Assembly: GCF_009914755.1 (NCBI RefSeq)
Contig: NC_060926.1
DNA: 64,000 bases
Reading direction: 5' to 3' (one strand)
DNA from: the human T2T-CHM13v2.0 reference genome, Homo sapiens
The position numbers were made by a program, and so were the translations under genes. Each line of letters starts with the position of its first letter. The first letter of the stretch is position 1. A model generated the notes under the pieces. The model saw only the letters and a list, made by a program, of their open reading frames with translations, was not told where the DNA came from and ran no database searches. Below, in pieces: positions 1 to 21,690 of this stretch.

Positions 1-3530
<3,530 letters not shown>

Positions 3531-4109
3531 AATTTGGTGCTTGATCAGACTAAGTGCTAGGTGATACATTGCACTTTGATGTCTAAAAAGCCAAACCCCA
3601 GAGACAAATTTTAGCAATTTCCCTGCCAGCCTTTTCCATATTAATATCTAAATTATATATTAATTACAGTTCTGTAAGAGTGAGCCTTTAATTTATTCTC
3701 GCTGAATGAAGAAATTAATGAGTGCACATTTATGGAATTATTTTATTGCAGATACCACTTCCCTGCGTCTCTTGGACTCAGTGGCTGTCTTTTATAATTC
3801 AGCAGGAGGGTGAGCATTTTAAGAGGCTGTGCATTTCAGCAGCTTTCAGAACAAACTTCTATCCTGAAAGCCAGAGCTAGTCTTAGCTCCATCATAAGGC
3901 AGCTCTAGGTCCTTAGAGAAGTAAACCACTTAGCACCATGTGCCTTCATCTACCTAACAAAGGAGGGCATGATTCTTCACTCCCTATTTCATCAGAGAAA
4001 GGATCCAAGTTGAGGTTTACTAAGTAAAGAAATCTATTGGAGAAATGAGTTGGGTGAATGTCTAAAACAAAGAAAGAAAAGTTATCATTGCAGAGAACTT
4101 CAGAAAAAC

Positions 4110-4240
4110 AACAGAAGACTTAGAATGAGAAGTCTTGGTTTTAAAGCCTGGCTCCAGGACCTTGGGTGATCACCTTAAGCTTCAAATTTGTCTTCTGTGA
4201 AATGGGGGTGCATAATGAGATGAGAATCTGTGTAAACCAT
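4110..4240 (+). mobile_element. MIR SINE fragment
   Basis: Degenerate MIR core (gaccttgggtgatcaccttaagcttc...ttctgtgaaatgggg). Confidence 0.5.
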
Positions 4241-5642
4241 AAAGATATACAGCAGAGTCGAAAAAAAAAAAAAAAGAAAGGGACACTAACTGTTTAATAA
4301 AAATGTAATAACCGATAAAAAAAAAAGAATTATTACCTATTCTGAAACTCTTCCAGAAAATTGAAGAGAAGGGAATTCTTTGAAACTCATTCTATGACGC
4401 CAGCATAACCCTGATACCAAAACCAGATGGCAGCAAAACAAAATGAAAAAAACTATAGGCCAGTATCCTTGATTAACACAGACATAAAAGTCCTCAACAC
4501 AATACTAGCAAATTTAACCAAGCAGCACATTAAAAAGATTATTCATCATGATCAAATGGGATTTAACATTTACAGCACATTTGATGCAAGAATGGTTCAA
4601 CATATGCAAATCAATAAACATGATACATTACATCAACAGAATGAAGGACAAAAATCATATGATCATCTCAATAGACACAGAAAAAGCATTTTATAAAATA
4701 CAAAATCCCTTCATGATAAAAATCCTCAACAAACTAGGTATAGAAGAGCCACACCTCAACACAATTAAGGTCATATGTGACAATCCCACAGATACTATTA
4801 TACTGAAAATTATATTGAACTAACATTATACTGAAAAGCTTTCACCTTTTCCCCTAAGAACTGGAAGAAGACAAAGATATTTACTCTCACCACCGTTATT
4901 CAGCACAGTTCTGGAATTCCTAGACAGAGCAATTAGGCAAGAGAAAGAAATAAAGGGCATTCAAATTGGAAAAGGGCAAGTCAGTTGTCCCTGTTTACAG
5001 ATGACATGATCTTATATATAAAAAACCCTAAAAGGTTCACCAAAAAACTCTTAGAATAAGCGGATTCAGTAAACTTGCAGAATATGAAATCAACATACAA
5101 AAATCTGTCATGTTTTTATGTACCAACAGTGAACTAACAGAAAAAGAAATCCAGAAAGCAATCCCATTTATAATAGTTACAAAAAATAATAAAATACCTA
5201 GGAATAAAGTTAACCAAGAAGATGAATGATCTCTACAAAGGAAACTATAAAATACTGATAACAGAAATTAGAGAGGTCACTGAAAAATGGAAAAACATCT
5301 ATATTCATAAATTGGAAGAATTAATATTGAGAAAATGATCATACTACCAAAAGCAATCAACAGAGGCAATGCAATGCCTATCAAAATACCAATGACATCC
5401 TTGAAGAAATAGAAAAAACAATGTTAAAATTCACAGGGAGCCACAGACGACCCCAAATAGCCAAGGTAATACAGAGCAAAAATAACAAAACTGGAGGCAT
5501 CACACTACTGAACTTTCAAATATACTACAAAGCTATAGTAACCAAAGCAGCATTGTGCTGGCATAAAAACAAACACATAGACCAATGAAACAGAATAGAG
5601 AACGCAGAGATAAATCCATGTAGTTAAGACCAACTGATTTTT

Positions 5643-5964
<322 letters not shown>

Positions 5965-6116
5965 TCAACAAAGGTGTCAAGAACATTCAGTGGGAAAAGG
6001 ACTGTCTGTTCAACAAATGGTGCCGAGAAAACTGTATATCCATTGGCAGAAAAATGAAAATAGATCCCTATCTCTCACCATATACAAAAATTAAATCAAA
6101 ATGGATTAAAGACTTA

Positions 6117-6596
<480 letters not shown>

Positions 6597-7497
6597 TCAC
6601 TCAAACTAAAATGCTTCTGCACAGCAAAGGAAACAATCTACAGAGTGAGTAAACAGAATGGGAGGAAATATTTGCAAACTACCCATCCAACATGGGATAA
6701 ACAACCAGAAAGTGTAAGAAACTCAAACAACTCAACTGCAAAAAAAAAAAAAAAAAAAAAAACAAGAGTCTGATTAAAAAGTGGGCAAATGATCTGAATA
6801 GACATTTCTCAAAGAAGACATATACATGGTCAACAGGCATATGAAAAAAGTGCTCAGTATCACTCATCATCAGGGAAACGCAAAAAAACCCACAGTGGGG
6901 TATCATCATCTCATCCCAGTTAAAATGGCTATCAAAAAGATAAAAAATGGCTATCAAAAAGATAAAAAAAAAACAGATGCTAGCAAGGATGTGGAGAAAG
7001 AGGAATGCTAGTATACTACTGGTGAGAATGTAAATTAGTAAGAACACTGTCGAAAATAGTATGGAGATTCCTCAAAAAACTAAAATAATAAATCTACCAC
7101 AATCTTCAGCTATCCCACTGCTGGATATATACTCAAAAGAAAAGAAATCAGAATATTGAGGAGGTATCTTCAGGCTTATGTTTATTGTAGCACTATTCAC
7201 AATAGCCAAGATATGGAATCAACCTATGTGTCCATCAACAGATAAATGGATAAAGAAAATGTGGTACATATGATGGAATACTATTCAGCTGTAAATAAGA
7301 ATGAAATTGTGTCATTAGCAGCAACATGGAAGGAACTGGAAATCATATGTTAAGGAAAATTAGCCAGACAGAAGAAGACAAATCTCATATGTTCTCACTC
7401 ATATGTGGGAGCTAAAAACATTGATATCATGGAGGTAAAAAGTAAAATGATGGGTACCAGAGACTGGGAAGGGTAAAGAGGCAATGAGGAGAGGTTA

Positions 7498-7677
<180 letters not shown>

Positions 7678-9089
7678 TTAGGTGGAGTAAGTCCTACCAT
7701 TCAATAGCTCAGTAGGGTGATGGTAGTTAGTTAATGATAAATGATTATGTATTTCCAAATAGCAGAAGAGAAAATTTAAACTGTTACCAACACAAAGAAA
7801 TGATAAATGTTTGAGGTGATGGATATCTTAATTACCCTGTTTTGATTATTACACATTGTGTGTGTACCAAAATATCACATGTACCCCATAAAAATATGCA
7901 AGTTATTATGTATTAATAAAAAAGCTGAGTAGCCCGTCTGATCGATTAAAATGGAAGTTTTTTACCTGCAAATATGAAGAAGGATTTTTTTAAAACATTG
8001 TATAGTATCTGAATAGTTCTCTTTGATGGTACCTTATCTGGAATTTAATCACAGTGTTTATTGATGTTTCCATAAATATATCTGTATTGAAGCACAGTTT
8101 ATTTTCTGAACCACAGAGCTCTAATTTCACCCACCCCAGAGAATACTCATCATTTTCATCCAATTCCTTGACTTCATAGGAGGTCTTCCTTCCTCTTCAA
8201 TGTGAGAAATGAACCATTTTCCACCACTTAAGCTCACAGTGGCTGCTATAGTAGAAGTCCTTTGCACAAGAGAGAACGATTCATTAGGCACTCAGCAATA
8301 CCACACTAAGTACCATGAGGAGAAATTAAGGACCTAGATAAAGACCCTGCCATTGAGGGATATCCATTTTTAGATGCGAATAGTCAGCAACTTTGAAGAA
8401 ACTGCTGTTAGTGCTCCCTAATCTTCCCAGTCTATAAACGTCTTTTCTCTGTTTGCTTTTTCTTTCCCTTTCCTGCTTTACTGGCCTTAGGCCTGACATT
8501 AACACTCCCAGGTACTCAAATTCCCAGAGTGATACCGAACTTTTCTCTTGCTTCTTCCTTCAACTTCTACGGCTACCAGCTCCAAGGTCAGAGTCCCAGC
8601 ACCCCCACCCTGCTAGTGAGAAATTCTTCTGTAAAGTACTTAACTTCTCTGCACTACAACTTCTATTAATGGAAGTCACATCTGCCTGTTACAGAAAATC
8701 AGATCTGGAAAAATCTGGAACAATCTTACAAAAGTTCACTATATCAGATAATGAATATAAAAATATGCTACCACCATAAAGTGCTACACAAATCTTATCA
8801 TGATGACATTTATAATTTTTTCAGTGAAAAGATAAGAAGTAAGCCTATGATGCCACCTGGACCAAAATAGCTCATTTGACCTTCATTTATAACTCTGCCC
8901 AAATTTTAAGAATATATATGATGGATAGGTGAGAGTGGATAAGGTGAGTGGGTGGGACTGGTGCAGAGGGGATTAAAGATGGGGGAAGGGTAAATTCAGT
9001 GACAAAAGACAGGGATTTCCACATAATCTCTTTGGGAAGCGCCACTCCCATTGGCTCTAAGGACTATAGTAATAACAGTGTTGATACTA

Positions 9090-9300
9090 TACAGGTAGTA
9101 TTTATTAAGCGATTTGCTGTGTACCAGGCACTCTTTTAAGAGTTTTATATGTATTCACTTTCTATCCTCCCAACAAAACTATGAGAAAGGAACTGTTATT
9201 ACTCTCATTTTACAGAGAGGGAGACTGAGGCACTTGAGGTTCCATAACTCAGCATCTGAGACTGGAGCCCATAATTTTGACCAGCATGCTCTATTGCCTT
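9090..9300 (-). mobile_element. MIR SINE
   Basis: Reverse complement of the MIR core (cattttacagagaggggagactgaggcac) and of its 3' end (tatttattaagcg...gtaccaggcact). Confidence 0.75.
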
Positions 9301-11127
9301 TCATTACAGTACTGTGCACTTAAGCACATGGACTTATAGCCCCAAACTGCTAGGGATGAAGTCTGTGCACCATTTACAATTGCCCTCAGATTAATGAGAG
9401 AGTAAGTATCAGGTGCATGGTAAGTACACAGTAGGTGTTAGCTAGCAACACATTGGCTCAATTTGTTTTTGTTTGCTCCTCAAACAATGAACTGGCTTTT
9501 TTGATTGTCTCAAAGCAAAGCCATTTTTGAAGGTAACATATTTAAAATAAAATGCCAAGTGGAAACTCACACAGATGCACAGTGAACCAGCTGAACTAAG
9601 ATCATTAAATGTGTTAGACTCAGACCCTCCCAAGCTTTACAGTGGAATGGGGCAGCATTCACTTGCCATTTGTGCAATGCTAAGACGATCCAATGTGAAT
9701 AGAATTAATTGAATTTTTTGTCCCCAAATCAATCCATACAGGGTAAAGCAGACACAGCCTAAGGTCTGCCTCTCTAAACAGATAAGGTGAATGAGGGAGC
9801 AAGGCAATTTGAGATAATTTTAATGTAACTAGTCCAGCTGAATAATTTAAGCTAAAGCTCCCTGTTTAGCCTTAATGAAGGTTTTTAAAAATGAAATAAT
9901 TTGGATAATTGTCCCAGATTTCCATTTCACTTTGCGTCTATCGACAAAGCTTAAACTTGCAATTGAGAAACTTGTTTTTAAAAAGGACTGGAACTTAGCT
10001 ATCTGTTTAGATAGAAGGGAAAATCTTCTGCAGCCTATACTTATCTGATCAGGACCATCCTTAGGTAGTCTTCTTTCACGAGTCCTCTGTCAGTACTTCC
10101 CCTCTAGTCTCTCTTCTGATAGAAAAGATACGATCAATTATTTCATAATAGGGTGTGAGTTACACAGTATGTTATACCTCCCTGGAGTATTTGCAATTCA
10201 GAAAAGAGCCACTATATGAGGAAAAAGCTCAACAGAAAGCAATGAATCATTATCAGTGGCATTTCAACTATCCACAGTAGGCCTATATCTTTGAGCAGGG
10301 AAACTTCCCAGCTTCCTGTCAAATCCACAGGCATCTATTTACACTCTATCCATCGGAAACACTTCACAATTACTGGCATTTTAAGAGTCTGAAATAGTCC
10401 ATCATGATATTATAAAAAACAAAGCAATACAAACCTTCATTAATGGAAAATAACAGACAATATAATTATGTATTCAATATACCAAAAAGCTATGAAATAA
10501 CAAAAAGCATTTTCCCACTAGAAATGTAGATGTCTCCTATGCCTTAATACAGTATGGAAGCTACAGGAGATATTATTTTCAAACATAATGACACATATGC
10601 ATTTTAAAAGCCCTACAGGTAAGTCTGACCATGATATTTGGCACCAGACATATAATTTTTTTAGATATGAGACAGGGAAGTGTAGACAAGCACAATTGTC
10701 ACACAGCAGAGGCACTGACTCATTAAATAATACATGTTTTCAGAGGAAGTTAAAGAGAGTATGTGTGAGGTAGCTGTGTCTCTGCATGAACATAACATGT
10801 ATGCATTTGCACACACAAAAAAGAAAAACACTTTCAACTAAGCTGTAGAGACATGATGCAATGTTTTAAATTTTTACCAGTTTTTCTTAATCACTATTCA
10901 ACACCATGATGATCTTTGCAAAAATTGTTTTAATGTGCCCAGACACGTCTTTGTATAGTCATATCTTAAATCCAGAATTCAGAACAATTGCATTATGTAA
11001 GGATTTTGACCACTCTCATCATTAGAACTACTGCCTTCAATAGCAAAATTACATTGTGTATGTATTATTGGACATAGTACAATACTATATAGTATTTCAG
11101 TTCATGAAATACTATGTGTAAGAATAT

Positions 11128-11848
11128 TATTTTAATTGTGAAAAAATACACATGATGTAAAATTTACCATCTTAGCCCTTTTAAGTGTACTGGTCAGTAT
11201 TAAGTATATTCCCATTGTTGTGCAATCAATCCTCAGAACTTTTCATCTTGCAAAACTGAAACTCTGTAGCCATTAAACAACAACCCCTGATTTTTCCCTC
11301 CCTACAATGCCTGAAAACAACCAATCGATTTTCTGTTTCCATGAATTTGATTACTCTGGATACTTCATACAAGTGGAATTATACAGTATTTTTCTGTTTG
11401 TGACAGGCTTATGTCACTTAGCCTAATGTCCTCAAGGTTCATCTATGCTATAGTATGTGTCAGAATTCCTTCCATTTTCAGGCTGAATAGTAGTCCATTG
11501 TATGCATATGCTACATTTTGTTTATCCTTTCATCCATCAGTGAATACTTGAGTTGCTTTCACTTTTTGGCTATTGTGAATAATGCTGCTATGAATATGGT
11601 GTACAGATATCTCTTTGAGACCCTGCTCTTAATTCTTTTGGATATATACTCAGAGGTGAAATTGCTGGATCATATGGGGATTCTATTTTTCATATTTTGA
11701 GGAACTGCCATACTTTTTTCATACCAGCTGCATCATTTTACATTCCCACCAACAGTGCACCAGGCTTCCAATTTGTCCACACCCTCACCAAAACTTGTAA
11801 TTTTCTATTAACAAGTGTTGATAGTAGCCATCTTGATGGGTATGAGGA
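11128..11848 (-). mobile_element. LINE-1 3' fragment (L1MB-like)
   Basis: Antisense L1M 3'UTR and ORF2 end (aatttaccatcttagcc..., ttttggctattgtgaataatgctgctatgaa, cattcccaccaacagtgc). Confidence 0.85.
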
Positions 11849-11944
11849 AGAATAATTTTTAAAACACTTTTTTCTAAAGTCAAAGTCAAAGATTATTCTC
11901 TGATTGCACTCAGTGCTGTGTTTTGTTGTTTAAGAAAGTATTTG

Positions 11945-12240
11945 GGTTGGGTGCAATGGCTCACGCCTGTAATGCCAGCACTTTGGGAGGCTGAGGCAGG
12001 TGGATGACCTGAGGTCAGGAGTTCGAGACTAGCCTGGCCAACATGGTGAAACCCTGTCTCTATTAAAAATAAAAAAATTAGATGGGCATGGTGGTGTACA
12101 CCTGTAATCCCAGCTACTCAAGAGGCTGAGGCAGGAGAATCACTTTAACCAGGGAGGCAGAAGTTGCAGTGACCCGAGATTGCACCACTGCACTCCAGCC
12201 TGGGCAACAAGAGCGAAACTCCATCTCAAAAAACAAAAAA
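11945..12240 (+). mobile_element. Alu (AluSp/Sq-like)
   Basis: Dimeric Alu with 3' gggcaacaagagcgaaactcc; flanking duplication aaagtatttgg. Confidence 0.95.
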
Positions 12241-13916
12241 AGTATTTGGAAGCAGACATACACGGATTTAAATTACAACTCCACTATGTTCTAGTTTTTT
12301 CTCCAGTGACATAGGAATATTTATGCTTTCCTTAAAAATTATTCTAAATACTAAGATAATGTAAATAAAACACTTGGCACAGCAGCTAGCATATTGTAAG
12401 TGCTCAAAAAATGGTAGTTGCACTGATATTGAAATAAGAAGACTTATGATACCTACTCATAAGAAACTTATCATCTTGTTGAGAAGAGACAACTAACTTA
12501 CATGAAACATCTAAATAATGAAAGTGAACTCTGGGCCATTCAGAATGTGTTGGCGACATTCCATAAGACAGAAATCAACCTATAGAGTTCAAAGCACTTA
12601 ATGTTCATGAAACTCTTGGAGAGGATGAAGGAAAAAAAGCTTCTTCCATCCGCTCCTCCTTCATCTCCATGATTTTTTTACCTCTAGGTTCACTCCCCCA
12701 TCAAGAGAGATCCAAGGTGACTTTGTCATTCACTCATTGTACCTCCATATAAAGAGTCAAACAGGGAGTGAGTGGGTGGCAACTCCAGTTGGCAGGACCT
12801 GGAGACACAGATATGGCATTAAGGAAGGAAACCTGAGATGACAGAGAAGTTTTAAGGAGTTAGGCAGAAGGCAATAAGTAAAGGTCTAGGAGAAGAGGTG
12901 CTTAGGTCTGCTATCAAGTATCAAGTTTTCAGCCACAAGAGTTAGGAGACCAGGGATAAGACTCTAGAAATTATATGTATTCTACAGCAACTGCTATATC
13001 AGGCAAATTATCAAGGTAGGCCCAGAACTATGTTTTGAATACTTTCTCCAAAACTCATATTGACATTTAATTGCCATTGTAACAGTATTAAAAAGTGAGA
13101 TATTTAAGTAGGTCATGAGGGCTCTGCCTTCATGAATAGACCAATGCCATTATCTCTGGAGTAGTTACTGAGATCATGCATTCTTGAGCAAAAGGATGAG
13201 TTCAGTCCTATTTTTTCTGTCTGTCCTTCATGATCACTTGCCTTTCCACCATATTATGGTACAACACAGAATCCCTCGCGAGATGCCAGCATCATGCTCT
13301 TAGGCTTCCCAGCCTCCAGAACTGTGAGCCAAATAAATTTCTATTCATTACAAAAACCACCCAGTCTGTGGAATTCTGTTATAGAAGCAGAAAACAGACT
13401 ATGACAGAAAATTGGTACCAGAGAAGGGTTGTTGCTGTAACAAATATCAAAATTCTAGAAGAGGCTTTGGAACTGGTAGATAGCTGGAGAATGGAAGAAT
13501 TTGGAGGCACAGGCTAGAAAAAGCTTTGACTGCTATGAGTGGAGCATTAAGGGCTTGGAAGAAGAGAAGCACTGTAGAGAAAGTCTGAAACTTCTTAGAG
13601 ATTACTTTAGTGGTCATAATCAGAATGTTGATAGAAATATAGAAGGCAAAGTTCATTGGATCAAGTCTAAGATGGAAATAAAAAACACGGTACTGGAGTG
13701 AGGGCCATCCTTGTTATACAGTTGCAAAGAACTTGACAGAGCTGTATTTGTGTCCTAGGACTTTATGGATTGCAGAACTTAAGAGTGATAAACTAGGATA
13801 TCTGATGGAAGAAATATCTAAGAAACAAAGCATTTAATCTGCAGCATAGTTACTTTTAACCACATACAATGAGATGTGAGGGCAAAGAGATGCCCTAAAG
13901 ACAGAATTTACGATTA

Positions 13917-16597
<2,681 letters not shown>

Positions 16598-18713
16598 TAA
16601 AAGAGAAGCATAATTGAAAGATTTGGAAAATTTCATCCTGGCCATGTAAAGAATGAAAGAGTATGTTCAGGAGAGAATACCAAGGACTCAGCCAAATGAC
16701 AGTTTGCTAAAGGGATTAACATGAATAGAAGGGATTCAGGTGCTGTTCATTAAAACAATGGGAGAGAGATTCTGAAAGCATTTTAGAGATCTTCAAGGCT
16801 GCCCAGGGCTGCCTCAGGTCTCTGCTCCCTGTATTCTGGTGTAGTGCCCCTCAACTACCTCAGCCATGGCTTAAACAGACTCAGGTGAAGCTCAGCCCAC
16901 TGCTCCAGAAGGTGCAAGCAGCAAGCCTTGGCAGCATCTGCATGGTATGAAGTCTGTAGGCTCACAGAATATGAAAGCTGTGGGGGCCATACCTACCTTT
17001 ACCTAGATTTCAAAGGATGCCATGTACCATCAGGGAACCCAGGCAGAGGCTTGTCACAGGAGCGGAGCCACCTCATAGAGTCCCCACTAGGGCAATGATT
17101 AATGGAGCTGTGGGAGAAAGGTCACCTCAGAGACCCCAGAACTCTAGGGCCAGCAGCATGCAACATTAGCGTAGAAAAGCTACAGACACAAGATTCCAAC
17201 CCATGACAGCTACTGGGTGGACTAAGCCCAACAAGGCATAAGGGGCAGTGCTGCCTGAGGCCTTGGAAGCCCAGCCCCTACACTAATGTGTCCAAGATGT
17301 GAAACAGCCAACCAAGAATATCATCCAGCTTTAAGAGTTAATGTTGTTCATGCTGTCGGGTTTTGGACTTACTTGGGACCAGTTACCCCTTTTTGCGTTC
17401 CTATTTCTCCCTTTTGGCATGGGAATGTCTATCCTATTCCAGTCCTATCATTGTATTTTCGAAGTAGATAATCTTATTGATTTCACAGGCTTACAGCTGG
17501 ATGTATTTGCTTCAGGAAAATCATGCCTTCATTCGCACTCATATCTGATCTAGATAACTCTGGAATTTGGACTTCTGAGTTGATGTAGAACAAATTAAGA
17601 CTTTGGGAGCTACTAGGATGAAATGAATGTACTTTGTATGTGAGAAGGACATGAATATTGGGAGGACTAGAGATGGAATACTATGGTTCGAATGTCCCCT
17701 CCAAAACTGATGTTGAATTTTAATTGCCATTGTAATAGTATTAAGAGATGAGACCTTTAAGAGGTGATTATGTCATGATTGCTCTGCCCTCATGAATGGA
17801 TAATGCTGTTATCATGTAAGTGGTTAGTTATTGTGGGAGCAGTATCCTGATGTAAAGGTTGAGCTTGGCCTGATTTCCTCTCCCTGTCTTATATGTTCAC
17901 TTGCCCTTCCACCATGTTATGATGCAGCACAAAGGCTCATAAAGATGCCAGTGCCATGCCTTTGGACTTCCCAGGCTTCAGAATCATAAGTCAAAATATT
18001 TCTGTTCATTATAAATTACCCAGTCTGTGATATTCTGTTATAGCGCAGAAAATGAACTAAGACACCCAGAAAAACAACAATATCATTACTGGCATTGAGT
18101 ACTGAAGCAAAACAATAGCCTATTAGTCCTCCACAAGTATAAGAGGTGAACTAGCAAGCAGAGCCTTTGGCTCTCTGGATTGTTCCTCTAAAAAACAAAA
18201 ATAACCCTAACAAAAAAACAGCCTCAAAACAGCAGACAATGCAGTGGCTCCATCCAAAAGAATGGACTCCATAGCAACAGTGCTGTGGAGTCAAGGAATC
18301 AGAGTGCCTCAAGAACCCTGCCCTCTGCTAAAAATTGGAAATGACCTGGAACATAGACTGTAGGGTGAGCTTACACTCTAAACAATAACTATTTGTTGAA
18401 TCAATAATTTGTGGCTATGAATCCTCTCTGGCATGATGTCTATCACCTCCCACCACAATCAGATTATTCATTCATTTCTTCCACCAACATTCACTGAACA
18501 CATTCTACATACTAGTCCCTGTATGTGCTGTAAGTGCTACGAGTAAAGAAATGAATAAGCCACAGTCCTGAATGGCTCTCAAAATGCTCCTGATCTAATG
18601 GGCCATGAAAATCTCTTGACAACCACGATTCTTTATATCAGACACTGTTCTCCATGGATTATTTCAGCTTTCTACCAATGTTACACCATGAAACTAGAAA
18701 ACAAGGGGAACAT

Positions 18714-18763
18714 AATTCATATCCATATGATTTCATATCCATGATTTCATATCCATATGAATT
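18714..18763. repeat. Short tandem repeat, ~13-15 bp unit x3 (ttcatatccat[at]gat)
   Basis: Read directly from the sequence. Confidence 0.85.
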
Positions 18764-19459
18764 CACACATTGTACCCATACACGGGGTAGAAAGGAAAAA
18801 TGGGAATTGCTTCATTAGTTTTCAGAACATTCTCCAACCACTTAGGTTTTGGTCAAATAGATGGACCGGCTCCTTTACTTACTAGCCATGAAACACTGGA
18901 CAAGAATTATAAATCTCTGTGCTTCACTTTTCTCATCTTTAAAACAGGAATGATAATGGTATCTACCTCAATGGTAATATTATACATGGAACAAAATAGC
19001 CACTCCATAAAAGCTGATATTTTATAAACTTACATTGCTTTTAGCTTCATACTACAGTTATTAAAATTCTGAGCAGCGAAATTAACTTGGCCACAGTGGT
19101 TACTTTAACCAGTGGTGAAGATGAAAATAATACTCAAACCTTCTCCCTCTAAAATTCCTTCTAACATATGTTGCTGCTTCTCCTCACCACAAATCTGAAA
19201 TATCAGAAATCTTTCTTCAGTATTACAAAGAAAAAAAAAAACTTTATATCTCAGTAATACACCACAGCTTAAAAATACATATCTCAATAATGTACCATAA
19301 CATTAAATAAAATAATTATGCAGTATATTTTTAAAATAAAAGATGAAGGAAGGGATGAAGGGAGGAAAAGAAGAGATTGCAGTTATATTTGAGGTTAAAA
19401 TACATTGTGTTTGGTACTTGGAAACTGGTCCAAGATCTTTGAAATGTGTAATTATCTAT

Positions 19460-21690
19460 TATTCAGTAAATATTTATTGAGTACTTACTATGTCCCAGGC
19501 ACTATTCTAGGTGCTGGAGATTCTACCATGAGCAAAGATAAAATCCTGACCTCATGCAACGTACAATAAATTAAGAGAAATTGGCAATAATCATATGATC
19601 GTGTAATATAATTTAGTAAATGGCAGGTAAAAGGAAAATAAAACAAGTTAAAGTGGCATATGAGGGGGATACTTCAGAGAGGGTGACCCCTCTAAGAAGG
19701 TAGTGTTTGAGACCAAAATGGAAGAGGAAGCAAGGTATGCAATTATCTGGGGAACTCCAACGGAAGAAACAGAGAATGTAGAGGTTCTAAGGGAAGAAGG
19801 AGCTTAGAGTATTCAAAAATAACAAGAACACCAGTTTGGAAACTACAGAAAGAAATGACGAGAGATAAAAATCACAAAGGTAGGTAGACGCTAGATCACC
19901 TAGACCATAAAAGGAGGCTGGAATTTGTTATAAGTATGATAGACAGTCACTGGCTACTTCTTAACAGTCATGTGACATGATGTGACTTGTTAAAAGCTCG
20001 TCTTGAATGCTGTGTGGAAAATAAACTAGAAAGAGACAAGATTGGGAACTGAAGGTTATCTAATTCATCTAGATAAGTAATGATGTTAGGAGGACTGGGT
20101 TGGCATAGTGGAAGCAGCAGTAGCAAGAGAAAGGATAATAGCAGAGGTAGTAATTAGAATTGGTAGGTTTCAGGATATATTCTAAAGGTGGAGCTGGGTA
20201 GGCTTACTGGTGGAGCTGGGTAGGCTTACTGATGAATTGGCTATTGAGAGTGAGAAAAAGAGAAATTAAAGATGACTTCTATGTTTTATCTTGATCAGCT
20301 GCTGGAATGGCAGATCTCCTTAGTGAAATGGAAAGTACTTGGAGTGGAAGGGGGTTAATCAAGAGTTATACTTGAGACATATTAAATTTGAGATGCCTAT
20401 TAGAAAACTAGGCGATGTTGAGCAGGCAGTTGACAAAAGTCTGGGCAAGAGGCCAGAATTGGAGTTGTAAGTTTGGAAAGCATCACCTCTTATATAGAAG
20501 AGGAGAAACTTATATAGAATAGGAGAAACTCATTTGATAATTAGGAGAAAAATAAAGAAAAAAAAAAGCTGGAGACAGAGCACTGGGACATTCCAGCATT
20601 TAGAGATCTATAAAAGAGGAAGACCCAGCCAAGAGACTGAGATCAACCAGTGTGGTAGCAACATCCAGAAGAAAACAAATGAGTAAAGGATTGTTCATAA
20701 AAAATAAAATACAAATGGCTCTTGGAAACGAAAAGATATTCAGCCTCCCTCAAATAAGAGAAAACAAAATTTAAACTTCATTGCGATACTATTGTTTACC
20801 CATCAGATTAACAAAATCACAAGTTTAATAACACACTATATTGGTGAGGCTATAGGGAAACAGTCTCAGATATTGTGGTGGGAGGTGGTGTATAAATTGG
20901 CACATTCTCTTTCAAGAACAACTTGGCAATAGCAAAATTTCTGGTGTAAATATACTCTTTGACTAGGCAATTCTATTTCTCAAAATTCATCCTATAGTAT
21001 ATTTAGAGATATGCAAAATGACAAACAAGCTAGGACATAGATTCCCAAATTAAATTCAATAGCAAAAGATTAAACCAATTTGAATATATATCATCATAGA
21101 ACTATTTAAATAAATTACACTTCATCTTGAAAATGAAATACTATTCAGTTATTAAAAAGAATGAGGTAGTTCTATAGGTACAATATGGAAGGCTCCTGAA
21201 GATATATGACTGAATTAAACAAGTCAAAGTTTATATCTTTAGTATGTTAATATCTTTAGTATGTTACCTATCTTTTATATAAGAAAACAAAGGAATAAAA
21301 AATATATCATTGTATATGCCTAGAATATCTCAAAGGATACACAATAATCTAGTTACAAGGTCACTTCTGGGCATGAGAACTGTGTGGGATAGAAGAGAAA
21401 CTTATTCTCAGTTCATACCCTTTTGTATCTTTTGAATGTTATAGCATATACATGTACTACCTATTCAAAAAGTATTTTTGAAAATTTAAAGAAGGAGAGC
21501 TCCAAGAGGTCAAGTGAAATAAGGACTGAAAATTGACCATCGTTAAGGCAAGATGGAGGTTCTTGGTGGCCTTGGTAAGAGTGAGTTCACTGGAGTGGTA
21601 AGCATGAAAACGTGATTGGATTTTCAGGAGAGAATGGGAGGTAAGTGGCAATAGTGAATGTAGAGTTCTATACAGGAAAGAATACTGCAC
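19460..21690 (-). mobile_element. L2 LINE relic, interrupted by an old L1 fragment
   Basis: L2 3' end antisense (attcagtaaatatttattgagtacttactatgtcccaggcact) and purine-rich body; L2-like sequence resumes at ~21490. Confidence 0.75.
20690..21480 (+). mobile_element. Old LINE-1 3' fragment (L1ME-like)
   Basis: Degenerate ORF2 end and 3'UTR (aatgaaatactattcagttattaaaaagaatgaggtag). Confidence 0.65.
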
